The position numbers and the translations under genes were made by a program. 62,980 bases of DNA from an uncultured virus (IMG/VR IMGVR_UViG_3300020416_000657) (taxonomy: Duplodnaviria; Heunggongvirae; Uroviricota; Caudoviricetes): the IMG/VR virus record IMGVR_UViG_3300020416_000657, one strand, 5' to 3'. Position 1 is the first letter of the stretch, and each line of letters opens with the position of its first letter. Of the stretch, positions 35,708 through 45,304 are shown piece by piece. The notes under the pieces are model-generated. The model was not told where the DNA came from. It saw nothing but the letters and a program-made list of their open reading frames with translations, and searched no databases.

Positions 35708-37837
35708 ATGTCCAGCAGACTAGATAGAGTAATTAGGGAAGTTCTTACACAAGGAGAAAGCTTTCCCTTATTAGAAGCAGATATGTCAAGACGCCTTGAT
35801 ATGTTAGTGAGACAGGGACTAATGCCTGCATCACAATTACCCATTTTAAAACGCGGTTTAGATAAATTCAACCAAGGTAAAGTGCCTGCGCCGAATGAAA
35901 GAAACGCGGTCAATACACTATTGAACGGTATGATGTTCATCGTATTGGGTGACGATACTGTGTTCAATAGAGCAAGAACTTCTGTACAACAGAAAAGATA
36001 TCAAACAGAAGAAGAAGAAAAGGGTAACGATTCTGATTCTGATAATAAACATAATATGGATCCTACTAGTCATGTCAAGAAAGAAGGTGACAACAAGTTC
36101 TGCGTATACAATACTAAAGGTAAGAAAGTTGCTACTTTTGAGACAGAAAAAGAAGCAAATGAGTATGCTAAAAAGAATCACGATGACCTCATGAGCGAAG
36201 AGCAATTGGACGAGTATGGTTCAATCATGTCTAAAAAAATTCTGGATTCCGATAATGGTAATGAATTTAACAGACCCCCAGAAAAATCTCCAGAAGACAC
36301 CGCCAAAATAAAACAAAAAATGAAGGCAAAGAATAAATTAAGACCTAAAGGTGTGCAAGAAGAAGAACAACTAGACGAGTACGGTGCAATGTCAAGTGAT
36401 AAAGCATCACACAATACTGGCGGATTTAGAATTTCAAACAAAGACGCGGCTGCTGCTAAAGAAAGAGCAAAGAAAAAGAGTGCAGAGAAACGCGACAAGT
36501 TATCAAATATAATCAAAAAGAACACCATCCAGAAAGGGCCTATGAAAGGTTTCATGACGGATGAAGTTAATCAAGGGGAACAAAAAATGGATATTGATTG
36601 GACAAAAAATCCTTTCGCTCAAGCAAAAGCCATGGCTGAAGGAAAATTCAAAGACATGGCTACTAGGCAGTCCGAAGAGGAAAGACTAAAGGCAGAGAAA
36701 AAAGCTAAAAGACTTTCTGATAAGAAGGGCAGAGAAGAAAAAGAAACTGACCCAGGCATGAAAGAAGCGTATGGCATGATGAAAGCAGAAAAGGGTGATG
36801 GGTATAATCCCGACAAAGAACACAATATGAATCCTACTAGTCATGTTAAAAAAGAAGGCGATAACAAGTTTTGTGTGTATAACATGAAAGGTAAAAAAGT
36901 CGCAACTTTTGAAACTGAAAAAGAAGCAAACGCATATGCTAAAAAGAACCATGATGAACTCATGAAAGAGGGTGTCGCTAAGAATACTCTTGACATCTAT
37001 CAGGCACACGCGGATGCTAAGGGTAAGAAAACCCTCAAGTCCATAAGTAAACAAATGGACAAGGCGGTTACCAAAGCCAACGCAAAACTCAAGGAAGAAC
37101 TAGAAGGACTACCAGAGTTAGATGCAATGGATATCGAAATGGCAGAGGGATATCAATCAGTTCTTAAAAACAACTACACCGACAAGGAACTTAGACAGGC
37201 TAAAGGTATCGCGTTTGATAAGAGATACAAAGGTGGTAACATGACAGGTGCTGCTAAGGCAATGGAGAAAATCAAGAAAGGTTTATCCGACCATCCTGTT
37301 GCTTCTAAAGCATTAAGAAAAGCAAACGAAGAGAACATGAAAGAGGAGTGGTTGGACTTGTTTGATGGTGTAGAAGATTTCAATGAAATTATTGAGATGT
37401 CTTACAAAGAAAAGTTTAATTCTATGTTGAAGAAGACAGGTAAATCTCTTGCTAATATGTCACCAGAAGAGAAGAAGAAATTCTTTAACAAAGTAGATGG
37501 CGCTCACGATGCAGTAAATGAGAACAAAGCATTTAGAGATGCTGCTAGGGACTTCAAAGCGGATGACAAGAGAGGTCTTGCACCATTGAAGAAGGATGCA
37601 CCTAAAGTATCAGACGCGAAGAACGCCAAAGAAATCGAACATATCGTACCTCAAATGAGGAAGGCAATATCAGTAGGCAAAAAAGTGCAATTCAAAGATG
37701 GTAAACATCACACAGTTTCCAAAGCACACGCCGCTAAATTCTTGAATAAATACATGAGTAGCAAACCCGCTGATAAAGAAAAAATGCAATCGCAGGCCCA
37801 TGCAAGTCATAAGGACTTCATGAATCATGCAAAATAG
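35708..37837 (+). CDS. Large charged late protein, probable internal head polyprotein
   Basis: 709 aa; repeated EEQLDEYG and MKE/MAE linkers; 48-aa internal duplication. Confidence 0.75.
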   Translation: MSSRLDRVIREVLTQGESFPLLEADMSRRLDMLVRQGLMPASQLPILKRGLDKFNQGKVPAPNERNAVNTLLNGMMFIVLGDDTVFNRARTSVQQKRYQTEEEEKGNDSDSDNKHNMDPTSHVKKEGDNKFCVYNTKGKKVATFETEKEANEYAKKNHDDLMSEEQLDEYGSIMSKKILDSDNGNEFNRPPEKSPEDTAKIKQKMKAKNKLRPKGVQEEEQLDEYGAMSSDKASHNTGGFRISNKDAAAAKERAKKKSAEKRDKLSNIIKKNTIQKGPMKGFMTDEVNQGEQKMDIDWTKNPFAQAKAMAEGKFKDMATRQSEEERLKAEKKAKRLSDKKGREEKETDPGMKEAYGMMKAEKGDGYNPDKEHNMNPTSHVKKEGDNKFCVYNMKGKKVATFETEKEANAYAKKNHDELMKEGVAKNTLDIYQAHADAKGKKTLKSISKQMDKAVTKANAKLKEELEGLPELDAMDIEMAEGYQSVLKNNYTDKELRQAKGIAFDKRYKGGNMTGAAKAMEKIKKGLSDHPVASKALRKANEENMKEEWLDLFDGVEDFNEIIEMSYKEKFNSMLKKTGKSLANMSPEEKKKFFNKVDGAHDAVNENKAFRDAARDFKADDKRGLAPLKKDAPKVSDAKNAKEIEHIVPQMRKAISVGKKVQFKDGKHHTVSKAHAAKFLNKYMSSKPADKEKMQSQAHASHKDFMNHAK
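36050..36964 (+). repeat. Two copies of a 144-nt (48-aa) module: 36050-36193 and 36821-36964
   Basis: HNM(D/N)PTSHVKKEGDNKFCVYN(T/M)KGKKVATFETEKEAN(E/A)YAKKNHD(D/E)LM. Confidence 0.9.
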
Positions 37838-37870
37838 TTTTAATAACCAAAAACACATAGGAGAGAAAAA

Positions 37871-38461
37871 ATGAGTGGATGGGGAGCAAATGATTCAGAC
37901 GAATCAAAACCAAAGTGGTTAACAGCAGACCAGAAAGAAGATGTCTTTGCTAACTCTAGTGGTTGGGTTGTAAAAGCTGGGTCAACTATGACAGGAAATG
38001 GCAATACAAGTGCCACTCCAGAAGTTTTAGTTGCACTTGGTTCACTTGCAACTTCACTAGGACAAGCAACTATTGATGCTGTAGATTGGGAAAGCACAGC
38101 TTTTGATGTATCCGATGGTGGAACACTTAAAATTAATGTTCACTATAATGAGGAAATCACAGTCGCTGGTGCTTCACCTCTAATGTATGTAGCGAACAAC
38201 CAAGCAGGTGGCGGTTCAGCATCTAGTGTTACATTAACAATGGATGGAAGTTTACCGTTTACTGGTGAAAAACTTACATTTAGTGCTACGATAGGTGCTG
38301 GTGGCTCAACAATTGTTGCAGACGATGTACTTTCATTCGCAGCTCAATCGATTGACCTCAACGGTTCTACAATGGTAGACGCAATCGGTGGTGGAAATGC
38401 GGAGAGAGCAATCTCAGCTGCACAAGCAACCGCTGGTGGAACAATTACCGCAACTGCATAA
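37871..38461 (+). CDS. Putative virion structural protein
   Basis: MSGWG...SKPKWL...SGWV...EVLVA; Gly/Ala/Thr/Ser-rich. Confidence 0.65.
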   Translation: MSGWGANDSDESKPKWLTADQKEDVFANSSGWVVKAGSTMTGNGNTSATPEVLVALGSLATSLGQATIDAVDWESTAFDVSDGGTLKINVHYNEEITVAGASPLMYVANNQAGGGSASSVTLTMDGSLPFTGEKLTFSATIGAGGSTIVADDVLSFAAQSIDLNGSTMVDAIGGGNAERAISAAQATAGGTITATA

Positions 38462-38472
38462 GGAGATAAAGC

Positions 38473-38523
38473 ATGTGTAAATGTTGCAAGTGTTGTACAT
38501 GTACATGCCCAGAGTGTAACTAA
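38473..38523 (+). CDS. 16-aa Cys-rich peptide MCKCCKCCTCTCPECN
   Basis: AGGAG at 38461-65, ATG 38473, stop overlaps next ATG (TAATG). Confidence 0.7.
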   Translation: MCKCCKCCTCTCPECN

Positions 38524-38969
38524 TGGCTGATAGTAAACTTTCAGAATTAACGGCTGCTACATCTGTAGCAGCCGCAGATACCTTTTATCTAGTACAAAGT
38601 TCTACTAGTAAAGGTGTGACAGCTGCAAATCTATTCGCTGATGTGGCGACACCTGTATCTTTTTCAGATAAGGTATCAATCGCAGACGCGGATACAGTAA
38701 CAGGGCCAGGCGCAATCTCAGTCGCAACGAATGTGACTAGATTGACAAACCCAGGCACAGGTGGTACATTAACCATTGGTGCTGGTACAGAGGGTCAATT
38801 GAAAATTATTGTTATGGATGGCAATTCTAGTGCGGTAACTCTGACACTAGACGATTCAGACTTAGGTCATGATACCATTACATTCAATAATGCAGGCGAT
38901 ACGGCAACCCTACTATATACTAATAGTAAGTGGTGGATGATAGGGGGGACAGCCACAGTCGCCAATTAG
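38523..38969 (+). CDS. Putative virion structural (fibre-like) protein
   Basis: MADSKLSELTAAT N-terminus; GQLKII...GDTATLLY..KWW. Confidence 0.65.
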   Translation: MADSKLSELTAATSVAAADTFYLVQSSTSKGVTAANLFADVATPVSFSDKVSIADADTVTGPGAISVATNVTRLTNPGTGGTLTIGAGTEGQLKIIVMDGNSSAVTLTLDDSDLGHDTITFNNAGDTATLLYTNSKWWMIGGTATVAN

Positions 38970-38989
38970 ATAATAAAAAGATTTTATGA

Positions 38990-39367
38990 ATGATTGAATT
39001 GAATGAAGATAATTATTTAGTATATGCATTGAGAAATTATAATAGTCCAGAGTGTTCTGGAATGGATGATTTTGAAGAGGATGTAAAACGGTTCAAGTAC
39101 TTAAAGAGACTTTTTCGTAGGTATGAAAGAACAGAAGTCTTAAACGATAGACTTATCCTTAATCATCTTATAGTTTTGTATAATGTTTTTGACAAGGCTG
39201 CAACGCCTTTGTTGTTTTATAAAATAGACAAAGAACATTGGTCTATACTAAAAACATTTTTGGTATTTCTAAACAGGATGCCAATGGAACAAATTGTTAC
39301 TGGTGGTGTTAGGGGGGATGATATCCAACTTGACATGAAAGTAATAAAAATATTAAGGGAAATTTAA
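38990..39367 (+). CDS. Hypothetical protein
   Basis: YNSPEC..FEEDVKRFKYLKRL...RLILNHLIVLYNVF. Confidence 0.8.
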   Translation: MIELNEDNYLVYALRNYNSPECSGMDDFEEDVKRFKYLKRLFRRYERTEVLNDRLILNHLIVLYNVFDKAATPLLFYKIDKEHWSILKTFLVFLNRMPMEQIVTGGVRGDDIQLDMKVIKILREI

Positions 39368-39912
39368 TGTCTAGAATTGTTGACAGTCTTATCGCATATC
39401 GGATACTTAGGATGTTCTCACAACCTATTACGAAACATCCAGCATATCAGATGGGAATTGTTGACAAAGACGGTAATAAGTTAAAAGAACCATCTGGTGC
39501 TACTGAGATGGATGCTTATACTCTACTAGACCGACTTGCTTTTAAAATAAAAAGAGCGTTACTGAAGTCACCAGATAGAACTGCTAGGAGACTTCTTACA
39601 TTTGCTGCCGCTATTGCACTTCTACGAGAAAACCAAAATGTAGATGACATGGAAGATGGTGAATTTGAGGCATTGATTGATTTGTATTCAGAGGATGAGA
39701 ATGTAATCAAAGAATCAAAAATGTTAGAGATGGGTAGGACACCGTTCACCTATTTCGCTTTGGATGAGGAGATTGCAAATGTAGCAGGCCCAATGGGCGG
39801 TGGCGCAATTGCTGGAATAGGGACTGGAGCTCAAGGAGAGCCAGGCAGAAACCCTAGTCTGATGCCTCTTCAGAGAAGAAAAAAGAAGAGGCAGAGTAAT
39901 GGTAGAAGCTAA
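39367..39912 (+). CDS. Hypothetical protein
   Basis: AY.MGIVDKDG..LK...AYT..DRL; LDEEIAN followed by Gly-rich basic tail. Confidence 0.8.
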   Translation: MSRIVDSLIAYRILRMFSQPITKHPAYQMGIVDKDGNKLKEPSGATEMDAYTLLDRLAFKIKRALLKSPDRTARRLLTFAAAIALLRENQNVDDMEDGEFEALIDLYSEDENVIKESKMLEMGRTPFTYFALDEEIANVAGPMGGGAIAGIGTGAQGEPGRNPSLMPLQRRKKKRQSNGRS

Positions 39913-40351
39913 CCTACAAACAAAAATCGCAGTTATGGAATCAGATATTAAACAAATGACAGGTTTGTTTGGTAGACTTGACACATCCATAGAGAAAATA
40001 ACAGAATTAAATACTACCATAAAAGAAGTTTTAGCGGTGCATGAACAAAGAATATCAGCCACAGAAGTGGACATAGAAAGAACATACGATACTTTTGAGG
40101 AAAAGTACGAACAATTACATTCGCGTATATCTACAACCAATAGAGAACTTGCAAAAGACCTAAAATCCCATGGCGATAAAGTCATGGATGCGGTGATGGA
40201 ATTACGAGAATTAGTGGGAGAACACGCTCAACATCATGACGATAGGATAAGGTCACTAGAAAAGAGACAATGGATGATGATGGGTGGTGCCGCTGTTTTA
40301 GGCTTTTTAATAGGCAATATGGAGTTTTTTCAACTCTTACTTAACTCATAA
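39899..40351 (+). CDS. Coiled-coil protein with C-terminal TM helix
   Basis: RIRSLEKRQWMMMGGAAVLGFLI. Confidence 0.75.
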   Translation: MVEANLQTKIAVMESDIKQMTGLFGRLDTSIEKITELNTTIKEVLAVHEQRISATEVDIERTYDTFEEKYEQLHSRISTTNRELAKDLKSHGDKVMDAVMELRELVGEHAQHHDDRIRSLEKRQWMMMGGAAVLGFLIGNMEFFQLLLNS

Positions 40352-40357
40352 TTCTGC

Positions 40358-40386
40358 TTGACATTTGGTCTCAAATGTGAGATCAT
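40358..40386 (+). promoter_or_regulatory. Sigma70-type promoter with GATCAT -10
   Basis: TTGACA 40358-63, 17 nt, GATCAT 40381-86. Confidence 0.8.
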
Positions 40387-40409
40387 AGTGTACTAAGTAG
40401 GAGAAAAAT

Positions 40410-40604
40410 ATGAGTCACCCAGTAAATGACCAAATAATAGACAATGCAATCAATACGGTTGCTTTTATGAACGATGACCAAGTGATGTCTGAACTCGCCA
40501 ACCATGGCGTTTCAATTGGTGGACAGGATATTGATAGTTTAAGGGACATTCTCACCGATATAGTGTGCGATGACCTAATGTCAAGACCAGGCCCCCACGG
40601 ATAA
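40410..40604 (+). CDS. Small acidic early hypothetical protein
   Basis: RBS AGGAG; directly after promoter. Confidence 0.75.
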   Translation: MSHPVNDQIIDNAINTVAFMNDDQVMSELANHGVSIGGQDIDSLRDILTDIVCDDLMSRPGPHG

Positions 40605-40621
40605 AAATTTAAAGAATTCGC

Positions 40622-40650
40622 TTGACTTTTAATGCACTTATGTGTATAAT
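40622..40650 (+). promoter_or_regulatory. Sigma70-type promoter for primase (near-leaderless)
   Basis: TTGACT-17-TATAAT, 7 nt before ATG 40658. Confidence 0.8.
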
Positions 40651-40657
40651 GTGACCT

Positions 40658-41701
40658 ATGCTTTATGTAGATGTGAAATATATCAACTTGATATCTCATC
40701 ACTTTGAGAAATTCAAAAAGAAAAATGATTATCTTTGGAATGTAAGATGCCCCTTCTGTGGCGACTCGCGTAAAAATCTTAATAAGATGCGTGGGTATTT
40801 CTTTCGCAAAGACAATAACATGATATACAAATGTCACAATTGTGGTGTTGGTTATAGTATGAATACAGTTCTCAAGGAACTCGCACCCACTACTCATAAA
40901 GAATATTGTCTCGAAAAGTTTGGTGAGAATGAGAACAAAAATTGGGAACCGAAAGGTGCAAACTGGACTCCAAACGGACATAAATTGTTCGATGATAAAC
41001 CAGTAGAACCACCCAAGTTCACACCAAAATTTAGTTTATTTGACAAACTTGTGGATAGATTGGATACACTTCCATATGACCACGAGGCAGTTCAATATGT
41101 ACAAAGTAGAAATATCCCAAATGATAAATGGGATCGACTTTATTATATTGATAATATAAAGAACATAGTACAACTCAACGACAAATACACACAATCAATA
41201 GTAACGGAAGAACCCAGATTGGTTATACCCTTCTTTGACCAAAATGGGCAGTTAATGTCGGTGTCGTTAAGAGCTATGAGAGGGGAAACACTTAGGTATA
41301 TTCTTGTAAAAGTTAAAGAGGATGCACCTACAGTATTTGGTTTAGATAAAGTTGATACATCTAGACCTATATCGGTTGTTGAAGGCCCGATAGACAGTTT
41401 GTTTCTTGAAAACAGTATTGCCTGTTCTGGAACATCCTTCAACAAAATTGAACAGTTGAACCTAGACCGTGATAAGATTACAGTTGTATTCGACAATCAA
41501 CCTAGAAACAAAGATGTTGTTAAACTGGTTGAAAAATATGTTGACTTGGATTATAATGTTGTCATATGGCCAGAATCGATTGTTCAGAAAGATATAAATG
41601 ATATGGCGAACGATGGTATCGATGTACGCGATGTGATTAGTAGTAATACACATAGTGGATTGACTGCCAAGTTTTTATTAAACCAATGGAAAAAATGTTA
41701 G
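40658..41701 (+). CDS. gp61: DNA primase
   Basis: RCPFCGDS...CHNCG zinc finger, VEGPIDSLF TOPRIM, KDINDM. Confidence 0.96.
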   Translation: MLYVDVKYINLISHHFEKFKKKNDYLWNVRCPFCGDSRKNLNKMRGYFFRKDNNMIYKCHNCGVGYSMNTVLKELAPTTHKEYCLEKFGENENKNWEPKGANWTPNGHKLFDDKPVEPPKFTPKFSLFDKLVDRLDTLPYDHEAVQYVQSRNIPNDKWDRLYYIDNIKNIVQLNDKYTQSIVTEEPRLVIPFFDQNGQLMSVSLRAMRGETLRYILVKVKEDAPTVFGLDKVDTSRPISVVEGPIDSLFLENSIACSGTSFNKIEQLNLDRDKITVVFDNQPRNKDVVKLVEKYVDLDYNVVIWPESIVQKDINDMANDGIDVRDVISSNTHSGLTAKFLLNQWKKC

Positions 41702-41710
41702 GAGAAAAAT

Positions 41711-42037
41711 ATGATTGAACAAGAATATATACCTCTGGCCATTTTGGGTGTTGTTGTCGCTGCTGCTGCCCTTTTTGCTATCCTTAGACCTTCTAAGGAA
41801 GTAGTAAAAAAACCTTCCATCAAAAAAGTTGCTGCCATTACTAAAGATGGTAAGTATGTGGAGGGTGTCAGTACTGACGCTTTTAAAATCGAGGATTTGC
41901 AAAAATTAACTAAAGCAAAAATCGATGAATTTGGTGAAGCTAAAGGTATTAAGCTTGACCGAAGAAAAACCAAAAAGGCAATGATTGAGGATTTATTATC
42001 CGCAATCGAAGGTAATAATCATAAATTAGGAAAATAA
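41711..42037 (+). CDS. Membrane-anchored hypothetical protein
   Basis: N-terminal TM; LQKLTK...GIKLDRRKTKKAMI helical motif. Confidence 0.7.
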   Translation: MIEQEYIPLAILGVVVAAAALFAILRPSKEVVKKPSIKKVAAITKDGKYVEGVSTDAFKIEDLQKLTKAKIDEFGEAKGIKLDRRKTKKAMIEDLLSAIEGNNHKLGK

Positions 42038-42040
42038 ATT

Positions 42041-42706
42041 ATGGAACCACAAGTGAGTTTGGTTGGTTTGACCCAACCTTCTGCTTCAACTGGTTGTCAC
42101 ACCGCAAATGAATTGATTGCATATGCGGCTAGGGTTAGTAACCCAGAGAATCAGGCAAATAGTAAAACAGCACCAAAGTTGTTAGCTTATTTAATCAAGC
42201 ATGAACATTGGTCACCTTTTGAGATTGTGTCTTTGACAATGGAAATTAAAACAACACGCGATATTGGTAGACAAATACTAAGACATCGTAGTTTTTCTTT
42301 CCAAGAGTTTAGTCAGAGATATGCTGTATCCGATGAATGGGTAACTCGTGAAGCAAGATTGCAAGATGAAAAAAACAGGCAAAATAGTATCGAAGTAGAT
42401 GATAAGAATCTTGCCGAAGATTGGAACATGCAACAGATGAAGGTTATCAATCAAGCCAAAGATGCTTACGAGTGGGCCTTGGATAAAGGTATTGCCAAAG
42501 AACAAGCAAGAGCGGTGTTACCAGAAGGTAATACCATGAGTACTATTTACATGGCTGGTACACTACGCTCTTGGATTCATTATTGTCAATTGAGAGGTAG
42601 TCACGGTACACAAAAAGAACACTCTCAGATTGCTAATATGTGTTGGAATATTATTGAGGGACATTTCCCAGATGTAGCAAGGGCGGTGAATAAAAGTGAT
42701 ATCTAG
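42041..42706 (+). CDS. thyX: Flavin-dependent thymidylate synthase
   Basis: HWSPFE, RHRSFSFQEFSQRY, EQARAVLP, TQKEH. Confidence 0.97.
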   Translation: MEPQVSLVGLTQPSASTGCHTANELIAYAARVSNPENQANSKTAPKLLAYLIKHEHWSPFEIVSLTMEIKTTRDIGRQILRHRSFSFQEFSQRYAVSDEWVTREARLQDEKNRQNSIEVDDKNLAEDWNMQQMKVINQAKDAYEWALDKGIAKEQARAVLPEGNTMSTIYMAGTLRSWIHYCQLRGSHGTQKEHSQIANMCWNIIEGHFPDVARAVNKSDI

Positions 42707-43523
42707 TAAAGAGAAGTTGGCGGTTGCCCTCGCAAAGGCAGAAGATGAGAATTCAGACATAGAGAAAGTCAAGGAAAGAATTCCTTATGCCTTTCCTTGG
42801 AATCGAAGACTAAAAGAAGCAACTGTAGTGGAATGGAGTTCTACTGATAGTTCGGATGCTTTTGACTCTAATCTAAAGAACCATAGAGACAAACTTGAAA
42901 AATATGGTTGGTTAGACACAGAGATATTTTATAATTTAAATAGTTATGGATATAGATGTGATGAGTTTTATGAAGACAAAGATTCTTATGTAGGTATTGG
43001 TGAGTGTTTTACATATGGGACAGGATTGCCTGCTGATATGTCATGGACATCTCTACTGGAAAAAGACATACAAAAGAAAGTATGGAACTTAGGACTATGT
43101 ACTACAGGATTAGACACTAGTTTCAGAACTCTTTTGACTTGGTTACCAGTAATAAAACCTAAAGCAGTTCTTATGTTAGAGAATAGTACTCTAGCAAGAG
43201 AAACTTGGTATATCGATGAAAACAATGAGGAGTGGAATACTTGCATTGGATTCTGGTCAGATTTGGAATGGCAACAGGAAATATGCCAGAGTAAAACTGA
43301 AAGGTATTTGAACAGGCGTAAAAACTTGATGGCAATAAAAGAACTGTGTGATATGAATGGTGTTAAATTTAAACTTGTAACCGCGTTTGAACGAAACGAA
43401 ATAGGATACAGGGATTGGGAAGAAAACAAAGATACAAAATACGCATTAGCAAGAGACTTAATGCACCCAGGCCTCTACTTTCATGAGGCTATGGTAGAGA
43501 GATGGAAAAAGGAACTAGAATGA
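42696..43523 (+). CDS. SGNH-like hypothetical protein (paralog 2)
   Basis: NSYGYRC, GECFTYG, WNLG, ARDLMHPG...H. Confidence 0.6.
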   Translation: MISSKEKLAVALAKAEDENSDIEKVKERIPYAFPWNRRLKEATVVEWSSTDSSDAFDSNLKNHRDKLEKYGWLDTEIFYNLNSYGYRCDEFYEDKDSYVGIGECFTYGTGLPADMSWTSLLEKDIQKKVWNLGLCTTGLDTSFRTLLTWLPVIKPKAVLMLENSTLARETWYIDENNEEWNTCIGFWSDLEWQQEICQSKTERYLNRRKNLMAIKELCDMNGVKFKLVTAFERNEIGYRDWEENKDTKYALARDLMHPGLYFHEAMVERWKKELE

Positions 43524-45304
43524 CAGGAATAAAAATAGATTTAGAAAGAGACCAGTTATTTGATAAACTAGGTTTACAGAGATTAAAAGAAAGTTACATG
43601 AGAGAGGACGAAGAAAGTCCTCAAGAAAGGTTTGCTTTTGTAAGTCAAGCATTTGCATCTAATGATGAACATGCCCAGCGATTATACGATTACGCGAGTA
43701 AACATTGGTTATCTTATTCTACACCAATATTATCTTTTGGTAGGTCGAATAAAGGATTGCCTATATCATGTTTTTTAAATTACATTAACGATACAGCGGA
43801 GGGATTAGTTGAAAATTTATCGGAAACAAATTGGCTTAGTATGCTTGGTGGGGGTGTTGGTATTGGCTTTGGCATCCGAGCTAGCGATGATAAGTCTACT
43901 GGTGTCTTGCCACACCTCAAAACCTATGACTCAAGTTCACTCGCCTATAGACAGGGAAAAACAAGGAGAGGGTCATATGCTGCCTATCTTGACATTAGCC
44001 ACCCCGATATCACAATGTTTCTCGAAATGCGTAAACCGACAGGAGACCAAAACCTCAGATGTTTAAATTTGCATCATGGTATTAACATTAGTGATAGGTT
44101 CATGCAACTTATTGAAAAGTGCATGTCAGACCCAGATGCAGACGATAGGTGGAATCTAACAGACCCACACACAGGAGCAGTACGCGACACAGTATCAGCA
44201 AAAGCATTATGGCAGAAGATACTTGAAATGCGTATGGAGACAGGAGAACCATATTTACATTTTGTCGATACCAGTAATAGACATTTACCAGAGTGGTTAA
44301 AAGAAAAAGGATTGAAAATTAATCAGTCTAATCTTTGTTCAGAAATTATACTACCAACAAACGAAAGTAGAACTGCTGTTTGTTGTTTATCATCTGTGAA
44401 CCTAGAACACTATGACGCTTGGTCAAAGAGTACCACATTCTTGAAAGATGTGGCAGAGATGTTAGATAATGTATTACAGTATTTTATTGACAACGCACCA
44501 GATACAGTATCAAGGGCAGTCTTTTCAGCGAAACAGGAGAGAAGTATTGGTATTGGTGCATTAGGATTTCACGCATATCTTCAGAAAAACAATATACCAT
44601 TTGAAGGATTCATGGCAAAATCCACTAATATAAGAATGTTTAAATTGATAAGGGGGAAATTAGATGAAGCAAACTTGGAACTTGGTAAGGAGAGAGGCGA
44701 AGCTATTGATGCGAGAGGCACAGGAAGAAGATTTAGTCATGTTATGGCTGTTGCTCCTAATGCTTCCAGTAGTATTATTATGGGAAACACTTCGCCGAGT
44801 ATTGAACCGTATCGCGCTAACGCTTACAGGCAAGACACACTATCTGGAGCTTATCTCAATAAGAATAAGCATCTGGATGTTATCATTAAAGATAAATGCG
44901 AGAAGAATAAAAGGTTGGATTATGACAAAATTTGGTCATCGATAATTGCCAATGATGGGTCAGTACAACATGTATCATGTCTGGATGAGAAAGAGAAAGA
45001 AATTTATAAGACTGCTATGGAGATTGACCAGAGATGGGTAGTCGAACATGCATCCACAAGACAAGAATGGATAGACCAAGGACAATCTGTTAATTTATTT
45101 TTTAGACCAGATGTCAACATAAAATATTTACATGCAATACACTATCTCGCGTGGAAACAAGGTATGAAAACTTTGTACTATTGTAGGTCAGAGAAGTTAG
45201 GAAAGGCAGACAAGGTATCCAAGCGCATCGAAAGAGAAGCGATAAAAGAAATTGATTTTCAGAGTATGATTGATGGTGAAAACTGTGTTGCATGTGAAGG
45301 ATGA
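43520..45304 (+). CDS. nrdA: Ribonucleotide reductase class I alpha subunit
   Basis: PISCF, QSNLCSEI, VCCLSS, APNASSS, KTLYY, CVACEG. Confidence 0.97.
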   Translation: MTGIKIDLERDQLFDKLGLQRLKESYMREDEESPQERFAFVSQAFASNDEHAQRLYDYASKHWLSYSTPILSFGRSNKGLPISCFLNYINDTAEGLVENLSETNWLSMLGGGVGIGFGIRASDDKSTGVLPHLKTYDSSSLAYRQGKTRRGSYAAYLDISHPDITMFLEMRKPTGDQNLRCLNLHHGINISDRFMQLIEKCMSDPDADDRWNLTDPHTGAVRDTVSAKALWQKILEMRMETGEPYLHFVDTSNRHLPEWLKEKGLKINQSNLCSEIILPTNESRTAVCCLSSVNLEHYDAWSKSTTFLKDVAEMLDNVLQYFIDNAPDTVSRAVFSAKQERSIGIGALGFHAYLQKNNIPFEGFMAKSTNIRMFKLIRGKLDEANLELGKERGEAIDARGTGRRFSHVMAVAPNASSSIIMGNTSPSIEPYRANAYRQDTLSGAYLNKNKHLDVIIKDKCEKNKRLDYDKIWSSIIANDGSVQHVSCLDEKEKEIYKTAMEIDQRWVVEHASTRQEWIDQGQSVNLFFRPDVNIKYLHAIHYLAWKQGMKTLYYCRSEKLGKADKVSKRIEREAIKEIDFQSMIDGENCVACEG

